Position numbers and translations under genes: made by a program. The notes under the pieces are model-generated. The model worked only from the letters and a program-made list of their open reading frames with translations. It searched no databases and was not told the DNA's origin. From Anthoceros angustus (Eukaryota > Plantae > Anthocerotophyta), in assembly GCA_010909165.1 (NCBI GenBank), contig VJWM01000280.1:78024-142023 (forward strand): a stretch of DNA of 64,000 bases, read 5' to 3'. Positions 13,299 to 25,908 of the stretch are shown piece after piece. The stretch's first letter is position 1. Every line of letters starts with the position of its first letter.

Positions 13299-14225
13299 TC
13301 AATTCACGAGCTCTTCCAAACAAAAATTCCCACTTTGCAAAAACCATGCCGGTACTATAACGGATGCATGCGGACGCAAAAATCGGTAAGTGCTCTTGAG
13401 CGTACTCACCGCCACATTACATGCGTCGGCAATGCTCTTGAGCGAGCCGCACGGTTCCCTCGAGATCTTACGGACCATGTATATAACTCCGCGGTGACCG
13501 ATGGGGAGCTTGGATATCAATTTTTGTTTTCCGAGGGCACTCACTTGAAAGATGCCTCGTGACTTTCCTTGCGCATTTCGAGCTGGAACAAAACAGTCTT
13601 GCAAAATCCTTGGGCGGATAGCTTTGACGCGACGGCGGATTTCCTCGTGCTCGTCATGCACGGCCCTCATTTCTAGGAGGTCCACCAACTTCCCAACAAC
13701 CCCTGGTCAAGGCTATAGCTGCAGTACCCAAAGCCTCGTAGATTTCTTGCATTGACCGAGGAGTCCTTTCTTCTTTACAAGCCACGTACATAGCAGCAGC
13801 CACATACGCCTCTTCACAACTCCCTTTTCTCAAGACCCTCGCCTTCTTGTACAAGGAACTTGCCAATACTGCGTGTTGTGCACAATTCTCATTCTTCTGC
13901 GAGCTCGAAATCCTATCAAAGGCGTATATCAGTCGTCATGAGTGGGAACCCGTGCATTCGTGTTCCGCAGTGTGGATGCAACCCATTTTTCCTTGCGCTG
14001 TAGTGCGGATGCAAGTGGTTAGGCCAGCATGGTCGAGCAAGTCATCCGTGTCGTGGGGCGTCCCACACGCCTCCTTCTCCTCGTGCTCGGTGTCATTATC
14101 GAACTTCCTATATTCCAAGGTTTCACGACACGACGTTCTTCTAACACTAGACCGCACTGCAAATGCTCTGCACTGTCCTCATAAATCTCTGTCTTTATCT
14201 TGCACTCTAGACATTTCAGCTCCAT
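13299..14225 (-). CDS. TFIIB: TFIIB-like copy
   Basis: ORF 14019-14225 gives the N-terminus MELKCLECKIKTEIYEDS. ORF 13299-13688 gives the C-terminus ...CLEELVN-stop. Confidence 0.85.
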
Positions 14226-15819
14226 ATTCTCTGTCCCGAGATAATTAAAAAGTGGAATGTGTAGCCTTGAAATCGTTAACCCACGAGGGCTTTGGACAAT
14301 GAGTGACTAAGCACAATGATTGTTTTTCAAACAAGAAAGGATTCCAGTGACCTTGAACCTTGACACCTTACGAGGGCTTGTCCAATGTTTATGAATATAT
14401 GTAAGTCGATCCCTCATTTATATACCCAAGTTTTCCTTGGCCCTTGGGAATCTTACGTGGAATTTTGCATCCCGAAACCCCTAATTACCATGGGCCAAGG
14501 AACAATCATCCTTGATTTCGTCATCCCTTTTTTCCCCTTAAATTCGCCCCACTTCCTTCGAGGTTGATTCCGTCCTTGGACTTTGGCCTCACAAATTTTT
14601 CCACAAAGTTCTTCTTTCTCGAGCCGGACGCCAAGAGTCCGCTAGCCTACTTGCGCCGGACGCCGGAGTCTGCCGTCCTATTGGCGCACTCCGACACCCG
14701 CAAGGCCAAGATGCACGGAGTCCGTCGGCCTACCCGCACGATCGAGCCTCCCACTCCCCAATGCGACGTTCTCTCGGCCCACGGTTTAGGGTTATCGGGC
14801 CTACCACTCCCGAGTCGCCGTCCTTTCGGCCCTCCCGTGAGACTTCTCACCGGTGAGTGCACGATGGCGGTCGTGCAATCCCGACCTCAGAATCGTGAAG
14901 CTTGAGAAACCGTTTTAATTTTTGAAAGTGTTTCGTAGAAAGGGCCTATGTAAATTAGCCTACTTGTACCAAATATCAAAGGCTATCGCAGTCAAGCTAT
15001 GTTGGAGCTTGAAATGACAACTTGCATGCAGAGAAGGAAATCAAGTCAACCAAGAACAACCTTTAGACTAAACCACATCCTTGTAGAGGCGGTGAAAACC
15101 AAGCGTGGGATGAAAACAATCACTACTATTCAAGTTTTGAAAAGGGTGGAGACCCCATTAAAAGCGTTGAGCGTTTTTAGAGGACTTAACTTTCTCAAGG
15201 AGAAGCTCTTTTGCCCACCAAAATTTTCAAACCTCCTAGGAGCAAAGATTTGCATAGTACTAAATTGCAATCAAGAATGTAGGTCGCTAGAATGAAGGTG
15301 GCGATAGTCTAAAATCTTATGTGAAACGAGTCATGTCCATGCACACGATGTTTGATTTAACGTAAGCAAAAATCTTGTCACTAAAGGACGTGGACGAAGG
15401 TCTTTTTCCAATCCATGAAGTCCATCGGCAAACCTTTAACTTTGCATGGTCGGAGTGTGCATGAGTGTAAGTGTTGGGAATGCGTGTTGACGATCCGACC
15501 GTGGAATGCGATGCGGATGTATGGATGGGCGGGTCGGATGCATAGGATTCAAACATTGATGCTTAATGGAGGAGTCTCGGTCACGGCAGCTATGTCGACT
15601 ATGTGCGACGCGACATACTCCTCACATCATTCTTGGCACCCGGGACAAACATTTGACCCCTTGCTTCAAAGAAGCATAACAAATTGGCCATAATGCACAT
15701 CTATTGATACATTTAATTTTACGAGTGAGAAAAAGTCACGACCATGCTGCATGCTAGTATGTGAGCCTCAAGCAAATGAGCTATTTGATTGAAGGCAAGT
15801 TCACAAGATAATCTAAGGC

Positions 15820-16759
15820 TCAATTCCGAGCTCTTCCAAACAAAAATTCCCACTTTGCAAAAACCATGCCGGTACTATAACGGATGCATGCGGACGCAAA
15901 AATCGGTAAGTGCTCTTGAGCGTACTCACCGCCACATTACATGCGTCGGCAATGCTCTTGAGCGAGCCGCACGGTTCCCTCGAGATCTTACGGACCATGT
16001 ATATAACTCCGCGGTGACCGATCGTGGGGAGCTTGGATATCGAATTTTTGTTTTCCGAGGGCACTCACACTTGAAAGACGCCTCGCACTTCCTTGCGCAT
16101 TTCGAGCACGGAACAAAATAAAGGTCTTGCAAAAATCCTTGGGCCGGATAGCTTTGACGCGGATTTCCTCGGTGCGCGTCATGCACGGCCCTCATTTCTA
16201 GGAGGTCCACCAACTTCCCAACAACCCCCGGTCAAGGCTATAGCTGCAGTACCCAAAGCCTCGTAGATTTCTTGCATTGACCGAGGAGTCCTTTCTTCTT
16301 TACAAGCCACGTACATAGCAGCCACATACGCCTCTTCACAACTCCCTTTTCTCAAGACCCTCGCCTTCTTGTACAAGGAACTTGCCAATACCTGCGTGTT
16401 GTGCACAATTCTCATTCTTTCTGCGAGCTCTGAAATCCTATCAAAGGCAGATATCAGGCTGCCGTCATGAGTGGGAACCCGTGCATTCGTGTTCCGCAGT
16501 GTGGATGCAACCCATTTTTCCTTTGCGCCTGTAGTGCGGATGCAAGTGGTTAGGCCAGCATGGTCGAGCAAGTCATCCGTGTACGTAGGACGTCCCACAC
16601 GCTCCTTCTCCTCGTGCTCGGTGTCATTATCGAACTTCCTATATTCCAAGGTTTCGTCGATACGACGTTCTTCTAACACTAGACCGCACTGCAAATGCTG
16701 CCTGCACTGCTGTCCTCATAAATCTGTCTTTATCTTGCACTCTAGACATTTCACTCCAT
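15820..16759 (-). CDS. TFIIB: TFIIB-like copy
   Basis: ORF 16179-16694 (171 aa) runs from CGLVLEERRIDETLEYRKF through LISAFDRISELAERM to cyclin repeat 1. Confidence 0.85.
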
Positions 16760-17454
16760 ATTCTCGGCTGTCCCGAGATAATTAAAAAGTGGAATGTGTA
16801 GCCTTGAAATCGTTAACCCACGAGGGCTTTGGACAATGAGTGACTAAGCACAATGATTGTTTTTCAAACAAGAAAGGATTCCAGTGACCTTGAACCTTGA
16901 CACCTTACGAGGGCTTGTCCAATGTTTATGAATATATGTAAGTCGCATCCCTCATTTATATACCCAAGTTTTCCTTGGCCCTTGGGAATCTTACGTGGAA
17001 TTTTGCATCCCGAAACCCCTAATTACCATGGGCCAAGGAACAATCATCCTTGGATTTCGTCATCCCTTTTTTCCCCTTAAATTCGCCCCACTTCCTTCGA
17101 GGTTGATTCCGTCCTTGGACTTTGGCCTCACAAATTTTTCCACAAAGTTCTTCTTTCTCGAGCGGACGCCAAGAGTCCGCTAGCCTACTTGCGCCGGACG
17201 GGAGTCTCGTCACGGCAGCTATGTCGACTATGTGCGACGCGACATACTCCTCACATCATTCTTGGCACCGGGACAAACATTTGACCCCTTGCTTCAAAGA
17301 AGCATAACAAATTTGGCCGTCATAATGCACATCTATTGATACATTTAATTTTACGTAGTGAGAAAAAGTCACGACCATGCTGCATGCTAGTATGTGAGCT
17401 GAAGCACACATTGAGCTATTTGATTGAAGGCAAGTTCACAAGATAATCTAAGGC

Positions 17455-18398
17455 TCAATTCACGAGCTCTTCCAAACAAAAATTCCCACTTTGCAAAAAC
17501 CATGCCGGTACTATAACGGATGCATGCGGACGCAAAAATCGGTAAGTGCTCTTGGCGTACTCACCGCCACATTACATGCGTCGGCAATGCTCTTGAGCGA
17601 GCCGCACGGTTCCCTCGAGATCTTACGGACCATGTATATAACTCCGCGGTGACCGATGGGGAGCTTCGGATATCGAATTTTTGTTTTCCGAGGGCACTCA
17701 CAGCTTGAAAGACAGCTCTCGCACTTTCCTTGCGCATTTCGAGCCTGGAACAAAACAGTGCTGCAAAATCCTTGGGCCGGATAGCTTTGGACGCGCACGG
17801 CGGATTTCCTCGGGTGCGCGGCTCGTCATGCACGGCCCTCATTTCTAGGAGGTCCACCAACTTCCCAACAACCCCCTGGTCAAGGCTATAGCTGCGAGTA
17901 CCCAAAGCCTCGTAGATTTCTTGCATTGACCGAGGAGTCCTTTCTTCTTTACAAGCCACGTACATAGCAGCCACATACGTCTCTTCACAACTCCCTTTTC
18001 TCAAGACCCTCGCCTTCTTGTACAAGGAACTTGCCAATACTGCGTGTTGTGCACAATTCTCATTCTTTCTGCGAGCTCAAATCCTATCAAAGGCGTATAT
18101 CAGTGCCGTCATGAGTGGGAACCCGTGCATTCGTGTTCCGCAGTGTGGATGCAACCCATTTTTCCTTGCGCTGTAGTGCGGATGCAAGTGGTTAGGCCAG
18201 CATGGTCGAGCAAGTCATCCGTGTCGTGGGGCGTCCCACGCTCCTTCTCCTCGTGCTCGGTGTCATTATCGAACTTCCTATATTCCAAGGTTTCGTCGAT
18301 CGACGTTCTTCTAACACTAGACCGCACTGCAAATGCCGCATCTCGGACTGCTGTCCTCATAAATCTCTTTATCTTGCACTCTAGACATTTCACTCCAT
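17455..18398 (-). CDS. TFIIB: TFIIB-like copy
   Basis: ORFs 18109-18393 and 17561-18037. Confidence 0.8.
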
Positions 18399-19927
18399 AT
18401 TCTCTGTCCCGAGATAATTAAAAAGTGGAATGTGTAGCCTTGAAATCGTTAACCCACGAGGGCTTTGGACAATGAGTGACTAAGCACAATGATTGTTTTT
18501 CAAGCAAGAAAGGATTCCACGGTGACCTTGAACCTTGACACCTTACGAGGGCTTGTCCAATGTTTATGAATATATGTAAGTCGCATCCCTCATTTATATA
18601 CCCAAGTTTTCCTTGGCCCTTGGGAATCTTACGTGGAATTTTGCATCCCGAAACCCCTAATTACCATGGGCCAAGGAACAATCATCCTTGGATTTCGTCA
18701 TCCCCTTTTTTCCCCTTAAATTCGCCCCACTTCCTTCGAGGTTGATTCCGTCCTTGGACTTTGGCCTCACAAATTTTTCCACAAAGTTCTTCTTTCTCGA
18801 GCGGACGCCAAGAGTCCGCTAGCCTACTTGCGCCGGACGCCGGAGTCTGCCGTCCTATTGGCGCACTCCGGCACACCCAAGGCCAAGATGCACGGAGTCC
18901 GTCGGCCTACCCGCACGATCGAGCCTCCCACTCCCCAATGCGACGTTCTCTCGGCCCACGGTTTAGGGTTATCGGGCCTACCACTCCCGAGTCGCCGTCC
19001 TTCGGCCCTCCCGTGAGACTTCTCACCGGTGAGTGCATCGATGGCGTCGTGCAATCCCGACCAGAATCGGTGAAGCTTGAGAAACCGCTTTTAATTTTTG
19101 AAAGTGTTTCGTAGAAAGGGCCTATGTAAATTAGCCTACTTGTACCAAATATCAAAGGCTATCGCAGTCAAGCTATGTTGGAGCTTGAAATGACAACTTG
19201 CATGCAGAGAAGGAAAAGCGAAGTCAACCAAGAACAACCTTTAGACTAAACCACATCCTTGTAGAGGCGGTGAAAACCAAGCGTGGGATGAAAACAATCA
19301 CTACTATTCAAGTTTTGAAAAGGGTGGAGACCCCATTAAAAGCGTTGAGCGTTTTTAGAGGACTTAACTTTCTCAAGACCCTCGCCTTCTCCTCGTGCTC
19401 GGTGTCATTATCGAACTTCCTATATTCCAAGGTTTCGTCGATCGACGTTCTCTCGGCCCACGGTTTAGGGTTATCGGGCCTACCCGCACGATCGAGCCTC
19501 CCACTCCCCAATGCGACGTTCTCTCGGCCCACGGTTTAGGGTTATCGGGCCTACCCGCACGATCGAGCCTCCCACTCCCCAATGCGACGTTCTCTCGGCC
19601 CACGGTTTAGGGTTATCGGGCCTACCACTCCCGAGTCGCCGTCCTTTCGGCCCTCCCGTGAGACTTCTCACCGGTGAGTGCACGAGTCCGCCGGCCTACC
19701 CGCACGATCGAGCCTCCCACTCCCCAATGCGACGCGACATACTCCTCACATCATTCTTGGCACCCGGGACAAACATTTGACCTTGAACCTTGACACCTTA
19801 CGAGGGCTTGTCCAATGTTTATGAATATATGTAAGTCGCATCCCCTTTTTTCCCCTTAAATTCGCCCCACTTCCTTGAGGTTGATTCCGTCCTTGGACTT
19901 TGGCCTCACAAATTTTTCCACAAAGTT

Positions 19928-20128
19928 CTTCTTTCTCTTTTCTAGGTTTCTTCCTCCTCTCTTCTCTTTTCTCTTTTCTCCTCTCTTGCTCCTTCCTTCT
20001 CCTCTCTTGCTCCCTATCCTCTCTAGCTCCTCTCGTCCTCTCTCGCTCTCACTCTCTCGCTCTCTCGCTCTCTTTTCTCTTTTCTCTTTTCTCCTCTCTT
20101 CTCTAATCTACCTCTTCCACTCTTCCTA
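19928..20128. repeat. CT-rich low-complexity polypyrimidine tract
   Basis: Near-pure C/T sequence with (CTCTCG) and (CTTTT) motifs. Related units occur at 20728-20835. Confidence 0.85.
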
Positions 20129-20360
20129 GCTAACTATCGCCCCCCGCCGCCTCCCAAAGAATCGCCTCATCATAGGGCATTGCCCTCACGGCCCTCATTT
20201 CTAGGAGGTCCACCAACTTCCCAACAACCCCCGGTCAAGGCTATAGCTGCAGTACCCAAAGCCTCGTAGATTTCTTGCATTGACCGAGGAGTCCTTTCTT
20301 CTTTACAAGCCACATTACATGCGTCGGCAATGCTCTTGAGCGTACTCACCGCACCCACCG

Positions 20361-21260
20361 CTACCTCCAGAAAGAAAGGTTTGGGCCCCGCCTCACCCCA
20401 GTCACCGCACCTCAAGACCCTACCGGACACCATGCACCCTCACACGGTCGACGCACGCTTGTGTAGCAAGACAAGCACACAGGTCGGAGAGCAAGGCATG
20501 ACATTTTATTATGGGAGCTCCTCCCCTCTTATAGGAGCTCCCCAAACCCCTAGCATTAATTAAGTCCGGTGGGGTAGGTGGGGTTGCTTACGGTTTTAAG
20601 TAGGTGGCCTCTTAAAGGTTCTTAACCTACCTCCTAACAATCCCACTAACCCCTAGGGGTCTTAATGACCCATTCACTCCCCTACCAACTATCCGCCTAC
20701 TTCTTGGGTGTTGGCCCAACCACCGTCTTCCTCCTCTCTTGCTCCCTATCCTCTCTAGCTCCTCTCTTCTCTTTTCTAGGTTTCTTCCTCCTCTCTTGCT
20801 CCCTATCCTCTCTAGCTCCTCTCTTCTCCTCTCTTGCTCTTGTAGAGGCATCCTCTATAGCCATCAGACCGCATAATTACCTCCAGGCGGTTGGGTGTTG
20901 GTGCAGCCCCGCCCGCCAGACACCCCACCAACTCTACCGCCCGCTGGAAATCTCTTCCTCTTCCATTGGCTCCTCCCACATTGAGCCTTGCATCCATTTC
21001 ACTCTCCAAGTCCCGAATCTCCGTTGAGGTGCAATTTCCAAAATCTCCTCGTCATCGTGGGGACCCAACAACTTCCTTGTCAACAAGGCGCATCTCCTTG
21101 GCAAACTTGTTGACCCTAGCATGTAAGTGGACTGCATCTCACGGCCCTTCAAACAAATCTCATCAAATTCCTCGAGGCCACTCTCACGAGGCTATCTTAC
21201 ATAAGCATCCCTCTCAAGCGTCACCTCACTCAAAGCAGTGACATTCTCGGCATCTCTCTT
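20361..21260 (-). mobile_element. Fragment of LTR family C: end of internal region, PPT-like tract and start of 3' LTR (TGTTAG at 20639)
   Basis: Near-identical to 22343-23240. The minus strand reads GGTTAGTGGGAT|TGTTAGGAGG. Confidence 0.55.
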
Positions 21261-21648
21261 CTCCTCGTGCTCGGTGTCATTATCGAACTTCCTATATTCC
21301 AAGGTTTCGATGGCGTTGCTTCTGACGACCCGACATGCGATGCGGATGTATGGATGGGCGCGGGTCGGATGCATAGGATTCAAACATTGATTAATGGAGG
21401 GAGTCTCGGTCACGGCAGCTATGTCGACTATGTGCGACGCGACATACTCCTCACATCATTCTTGGCACCGGGACAAACATTTGACCCCTTGCTTCAAGCA
21501 TAACAAATTTGGCCGTCATAATGCACATGTCTATTGATACATTGAATTTTACGTAGTGAGAAAAGTCACCATTATGCGCATGCTAGTATGTGAGCACAAC
21601 AAATGAGCTATTTGATTGAAGGCAAGTTCACAACGCATAATCTAAGGC

Positions 21649-22333
21649 TCAATTCACGAGCTCTTCCAAACAAAAATTCCCACTTTGCAAAACCATGCCG
21701 GTACTATAACGGATGCATGCGGACGCAAAAATCGGTAAGTGCTCTTGAGCGTACTCACCGCCACATTACATGCGTCGGCAATGCTCTTGAGCGAGCTGCA
21801 GTTCCCTCGAGATCTTACAGACCATGTATATAACTCCGCGGTGACCATGTGGGGAGCTTGGATATCAATTTTGTTTTCCGAGGGCACTCACTTGAAAGAC
21901 AGCTCGCACTTCCTTGCGCATTTCGAGCACGGAACAAAGCAGTCTTGCAAAAATCCTTGGGCGGATAGCTTTGGGCCGCGGCGGATTTCCTGGCTCCATG
22001 CACGGCCCTCATTTCTAGGAGGTCCACCAACTTCCCAACAACCCCCGGTCAAGGCTATAGCTGCAGTACCCAAAGCCTCGTAGATTTCTTGCATTGACCG
22101 AGGAGTCCTTTCTTCTTTACAAGCCACGTACATAGCAGCAGCCACATCGTCTCTTCACAACTCCCTTTTCTCAAGACCCTCGCCTTCTTGTACAAGGAAC
22201 TTGCCAATACTGCGTGTTGTGCACAATTCTCATTCTTCTGCGAGCTCGAAATCCTATCAAAGGCGGATATGCCGCCGTCATGAGTGGGAACCCGTGCATT
22301 CGTGTTCCGCGGTGTGGATGCAACCCATTTTCC
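21649..22333 (-). pseudogene. 5'-truncated TFIIB-like copy
   Basis: Both cyclin repeats are present. The N-terminus is replaced by LTR family C sequence. Confidence 0.75.
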
Positions 22334-22342
22334 TCCGGTGGG

Positions 22343-24398
22343 CTACCTCCAGAAAGAAAGGTTTGGGCCCCGCCTCACCCCAGTCACCGCACCTCAAGAC
22401 CCTACCGGACACCATGCACCCTCACACGGTCGACGCACGCTTGTGTAGCAAGACAAGCACACAGGTCGGAGAGCAAGGCATGACATTTTATTATGGGAGC
22501 TCCTCCCCTCTTATAGGAGCTCCCCAAACCCCTAGCATTAATTAAGTCCGGTGGGGTAGGTGGGGTTGCTTACGGTTTTAAGTAGGTGGCCTCTTAAAGG
22601 TTCTTAACCTACCTCCTAACAATCCCACTAACCCCTAGGGTCTTAATGACCCATTCACTCCCCTACCAACTATCCGCCTACTTCTTCTTGGGTGTTGGCC
22701 CAACCACCGTCTTCCTCCTCTTGGCTTGGGACTGCCCCCGTCCGGATCTCTTCACTCGTCGTCGCGACAGGAACCTCCACACCTGTCTCGGCGATGCGAC
22801 TGCTGAGCTGAACGCCACCCCTCTTGCTCTTGTAGAGGCATCCTCTATAGCCATCAGACCGCATAATTACCTCCAGGCGGTTGGGTGTTGGTGCAGCCCC
22901 GCCCGCCAGACACCCCACCAACTCTACCGCCCGCTGGAAATCTCTTCCTCTTCCATTGGCTCCTCCCACATTGAGCCTTCGCATCCATTTCACTCTCCAA
23001 GTCCCGAATCTCCGTTGAGGTGCAATTCTTCAAAATCTCCTCGTCATCGTGGGGACCCAACAACTTCCTTGTCAACAAGGAACGCATCTCCTTGGCAAAC
23101 TTGTTGACCCTAGCATGTAAGTGGACTGCATCTCACGGCCCTTCAAACAAATCTCATCAAATTCCTCGAGGCCACTCTCACGAGGCTATCTTACATAAGC
23201 ATCCCTCTCAGCGTCACCTCACTCAAAGCAGTGACATTCTCGGCATCTCTCTTCCATGCCTCCAGTATCCCTTATGCCATGCATATCGGGCGTTGCTTCT
23301 GACGACCCGACATGCGATGCATCATTTTCCTCCGGTGGGCTACCTCTTCCTTCCACCGTTGGTCGACCTCCGTTGCTTGCTTTAGCTCCTCACGCTCCTT
23401 GCTCCATGTGGCTGTCCTCCTCCGGCTCCTTGAGCTTGGCCTCGATTCTTCATTCTTGGCTTGGCGCCTCGGCCTCCCCGGGGCAGTCTTGGCGTCCTAT
23501 TCTCTTTCTTCTCGGCTGAAGAGTCTTCTTCCGCTCCTTCCCACGGGCAGTCTCCTCAATTTTACGATTGAGGTAGCCACTTCCTTCATTCGCTCCCTAC
23601 TTTCTTGTCTCATTTTGTTCTTCAATCTTGAACCTCTCTCCGGTCAACTAGGCGCCTTGCTAGCGCCATCTCCTTGATAGCCTTGCTATCCTTCTCCCCA
23701 CGGAGGGTCGCTTGGTGTCTCGGCGGCTCTCACCTCCAACTCCTCTACTTCACCTTGGCTTGCTTGGAGTATCAATTAGGCAGCGGATGGTCGGGATCCT
23801 TCAAAGCCTTTGTCTTCTCATTCCTCCGGGTCGACAACGCCTTTCTCTTGGTGAGCGCCTCCACCGACCGATGTTGGGTGGAACTCCTGTGACTCGGTCA
23901 TCTCACAGGGTGGGTTACATCCACCACTGCTCCATGGGGTTGCCTCTCAGACACATGGTGGCACCGCCACCTCTTCCTCTTGTGCCTTGTCTCCACAGAC
24001 GGGGCACCTCTCCTTCCTTGGCGTCGGGGCAGGGGGTCTCATCATCCAATCACCACGAGGTGGTGAAGCACTCCTTGCTCCACCTTGGGTTCCTCCTCTG
24101 CCTTCTTCACCTTCTTAGGAGAGGGACCCTGTCATCCCTCGGAGGGACCACTTCAAATGGTGGTAAGACTCCTCCAGCTCTTCTTCGTCGATAACCCATG
24201 TGCCCCCCATGCACAAGGTAAGTACTCAAATGGGTATGTCGCCCCTCATTATCCACAATGTTTGGCCTCGGACTTGTCTCGGTGATGCTCATAGGCCCGA
24301 CATGGTTGTCCCCAGTCGGTGAGCTCCTTGCTTGACTTCCACATGAAATGAAAGAATGCATCAAGTAGGTGGTTCGACGCAGTCAGCCCCCAAAACTA
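22343..24398 (-). mobile_element. LTR family C: ~1.7 kb degenerate charged/coiled-coil-like ORF ending next to a PPT-like tract, followed by part of the 3' LTR (start 22621)
   Basis: E/K/R-rich minus-strand frames end at ...WANTQEEVGG-stop (22670). A PPT-like tract and TG follow, then a TATAAG flanked by an inverted repeat. No RT or INT motifs seen. Confidence 0.45.
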
Positions 24399-25145
24399 TC
24401 CTTGTAGAGGCGGTGAAAACCAAGCGTGGGATGAAAACAATCACTACTATTCAAGTTTTGAAAAGGGTGGAGACCCCATTAAAAGCGTTGAGCGTTTTTA
24501 GAGGACTTAACTTTCTCAAGGAGAAGCTCTTTTGCCCACCAAAATTTTCAAACCTCCTAGGAGCAAAGATTTGCATAGTACTAAATTGCAATCAAGAATG
24601 TAGGTCGCTAGAATGAAGGTGGCGATAGTCTAAAATCTTATGTGAAACGAGTCATGTCCATGCACACGATGTTTGATTTAACGTAAGCAAAAATCTTGTC
24701 ACTAAAGGGCGTGGACGACGAAGGTCTTTTTCCAATCCATGAAGTCCATCGGCAAACCTTTAACTTTGCATGGTCGGGAGTGTGCATGAGTGTAAGTGTT
24801 GGGAATGCGTGTTGACGATGCCGACCGTGGAATGCGGCGGATGTATGGATGGGCGCGGTCGGATGCATAGGATTCAAACATTGATTAATGGAGGGAGTCT
24901 CGGTCACGGCAGCTATGTCGACTATGTGCGACGCGACATACTCCTCACATCATTCTTGGCACGGGACAAACATTTGACCCCTTGCTCAAAGAATACATAA
25001 CAAATTTGGCCGTCATAATGCACATCCTATTGATACATTTAATTTTACGTAGTGAGAAAAAGTCACGACCATGCTGCATGCTAGTATGTGAGCTACAACA
25101 TGAGCTATTTGATTGAAGGCAAGTTCACGGCGCATAATCTAAGGC

Positions 25146-25908
25146 TCAATTCACGAGCTCTTCCAAACAAAAATTCCCACTTTGCAAAACCATGCATTTA
25201 TAACGGATGCATGCGGACGCAAAAATCGGTAAGTGCTCTTGAGCGTACTCACCGCCACATTACATGCGTCGGCAATGCTCTTGAGCGAGCTGCAGTTCCC
25301 TCGAGATCTTACACTATGTATATAACTCCGCGGTGACCGTGTGGGAGCTTGGATATCGAATTTTTGTTTTCCGAGGGCACTCAGAAAGACAGCCTCGTGA
25401 CTTTCCTTGCGCATTTCGAGCTGGAACAAAATAAGTCGCAAAATCCTTGGGCCGGATAGCTTTGGGCCACACGGCGGATTTCCTGCGCGGCTGCGCACGG
25501 CCCTCATTTCTAGGAGGTCCACCAACTTCCCAACAACCCCTGGTCAAGGCTATAGCTGCAGTACCCAAAGCCTCGTAGATTTCTTGCATTGACCGAGGAG
25601 TCCTTTCTTCTTTACAAGCCACGTACATAGCAGCAGCCACATCGTCTCTTCACAACTCCCTTTTCTCAAGACCCTCGCCTTCTTGTACAAGGAACTTGCC
25701 AATACCGCGTGTTGTGCACAATTCTCATTCTTCTGAGCTCAAATCCTATCAAAGGCGGATATCGTCGCCGTCATGAGTGGGAACCCGTGCATTCGTGTTC
25801 GCAGTGTGGATGCAACCCATTTTTCCTTTGCTGTAGTGCGGATGCAAGTGGTTAGGCCAGCATGGTCGAGCAAGTCATCCGTGTAGAGACGTCCCACACG
25901 CTCCTTCT
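25146..25908 (-). pseudogene. TFIIB-like copy lacking Zn ribbon/B-reader and promoter
   Basis: A deletion joins CTCCTTCTC to the spacer at ~25909. Confidence 0.75.

Noticed and set aside
19875-20129. Leu/Ser/Phe-rich membrane-like ORF
   Set aside because: It is a translation of the CT low-complexity tract.
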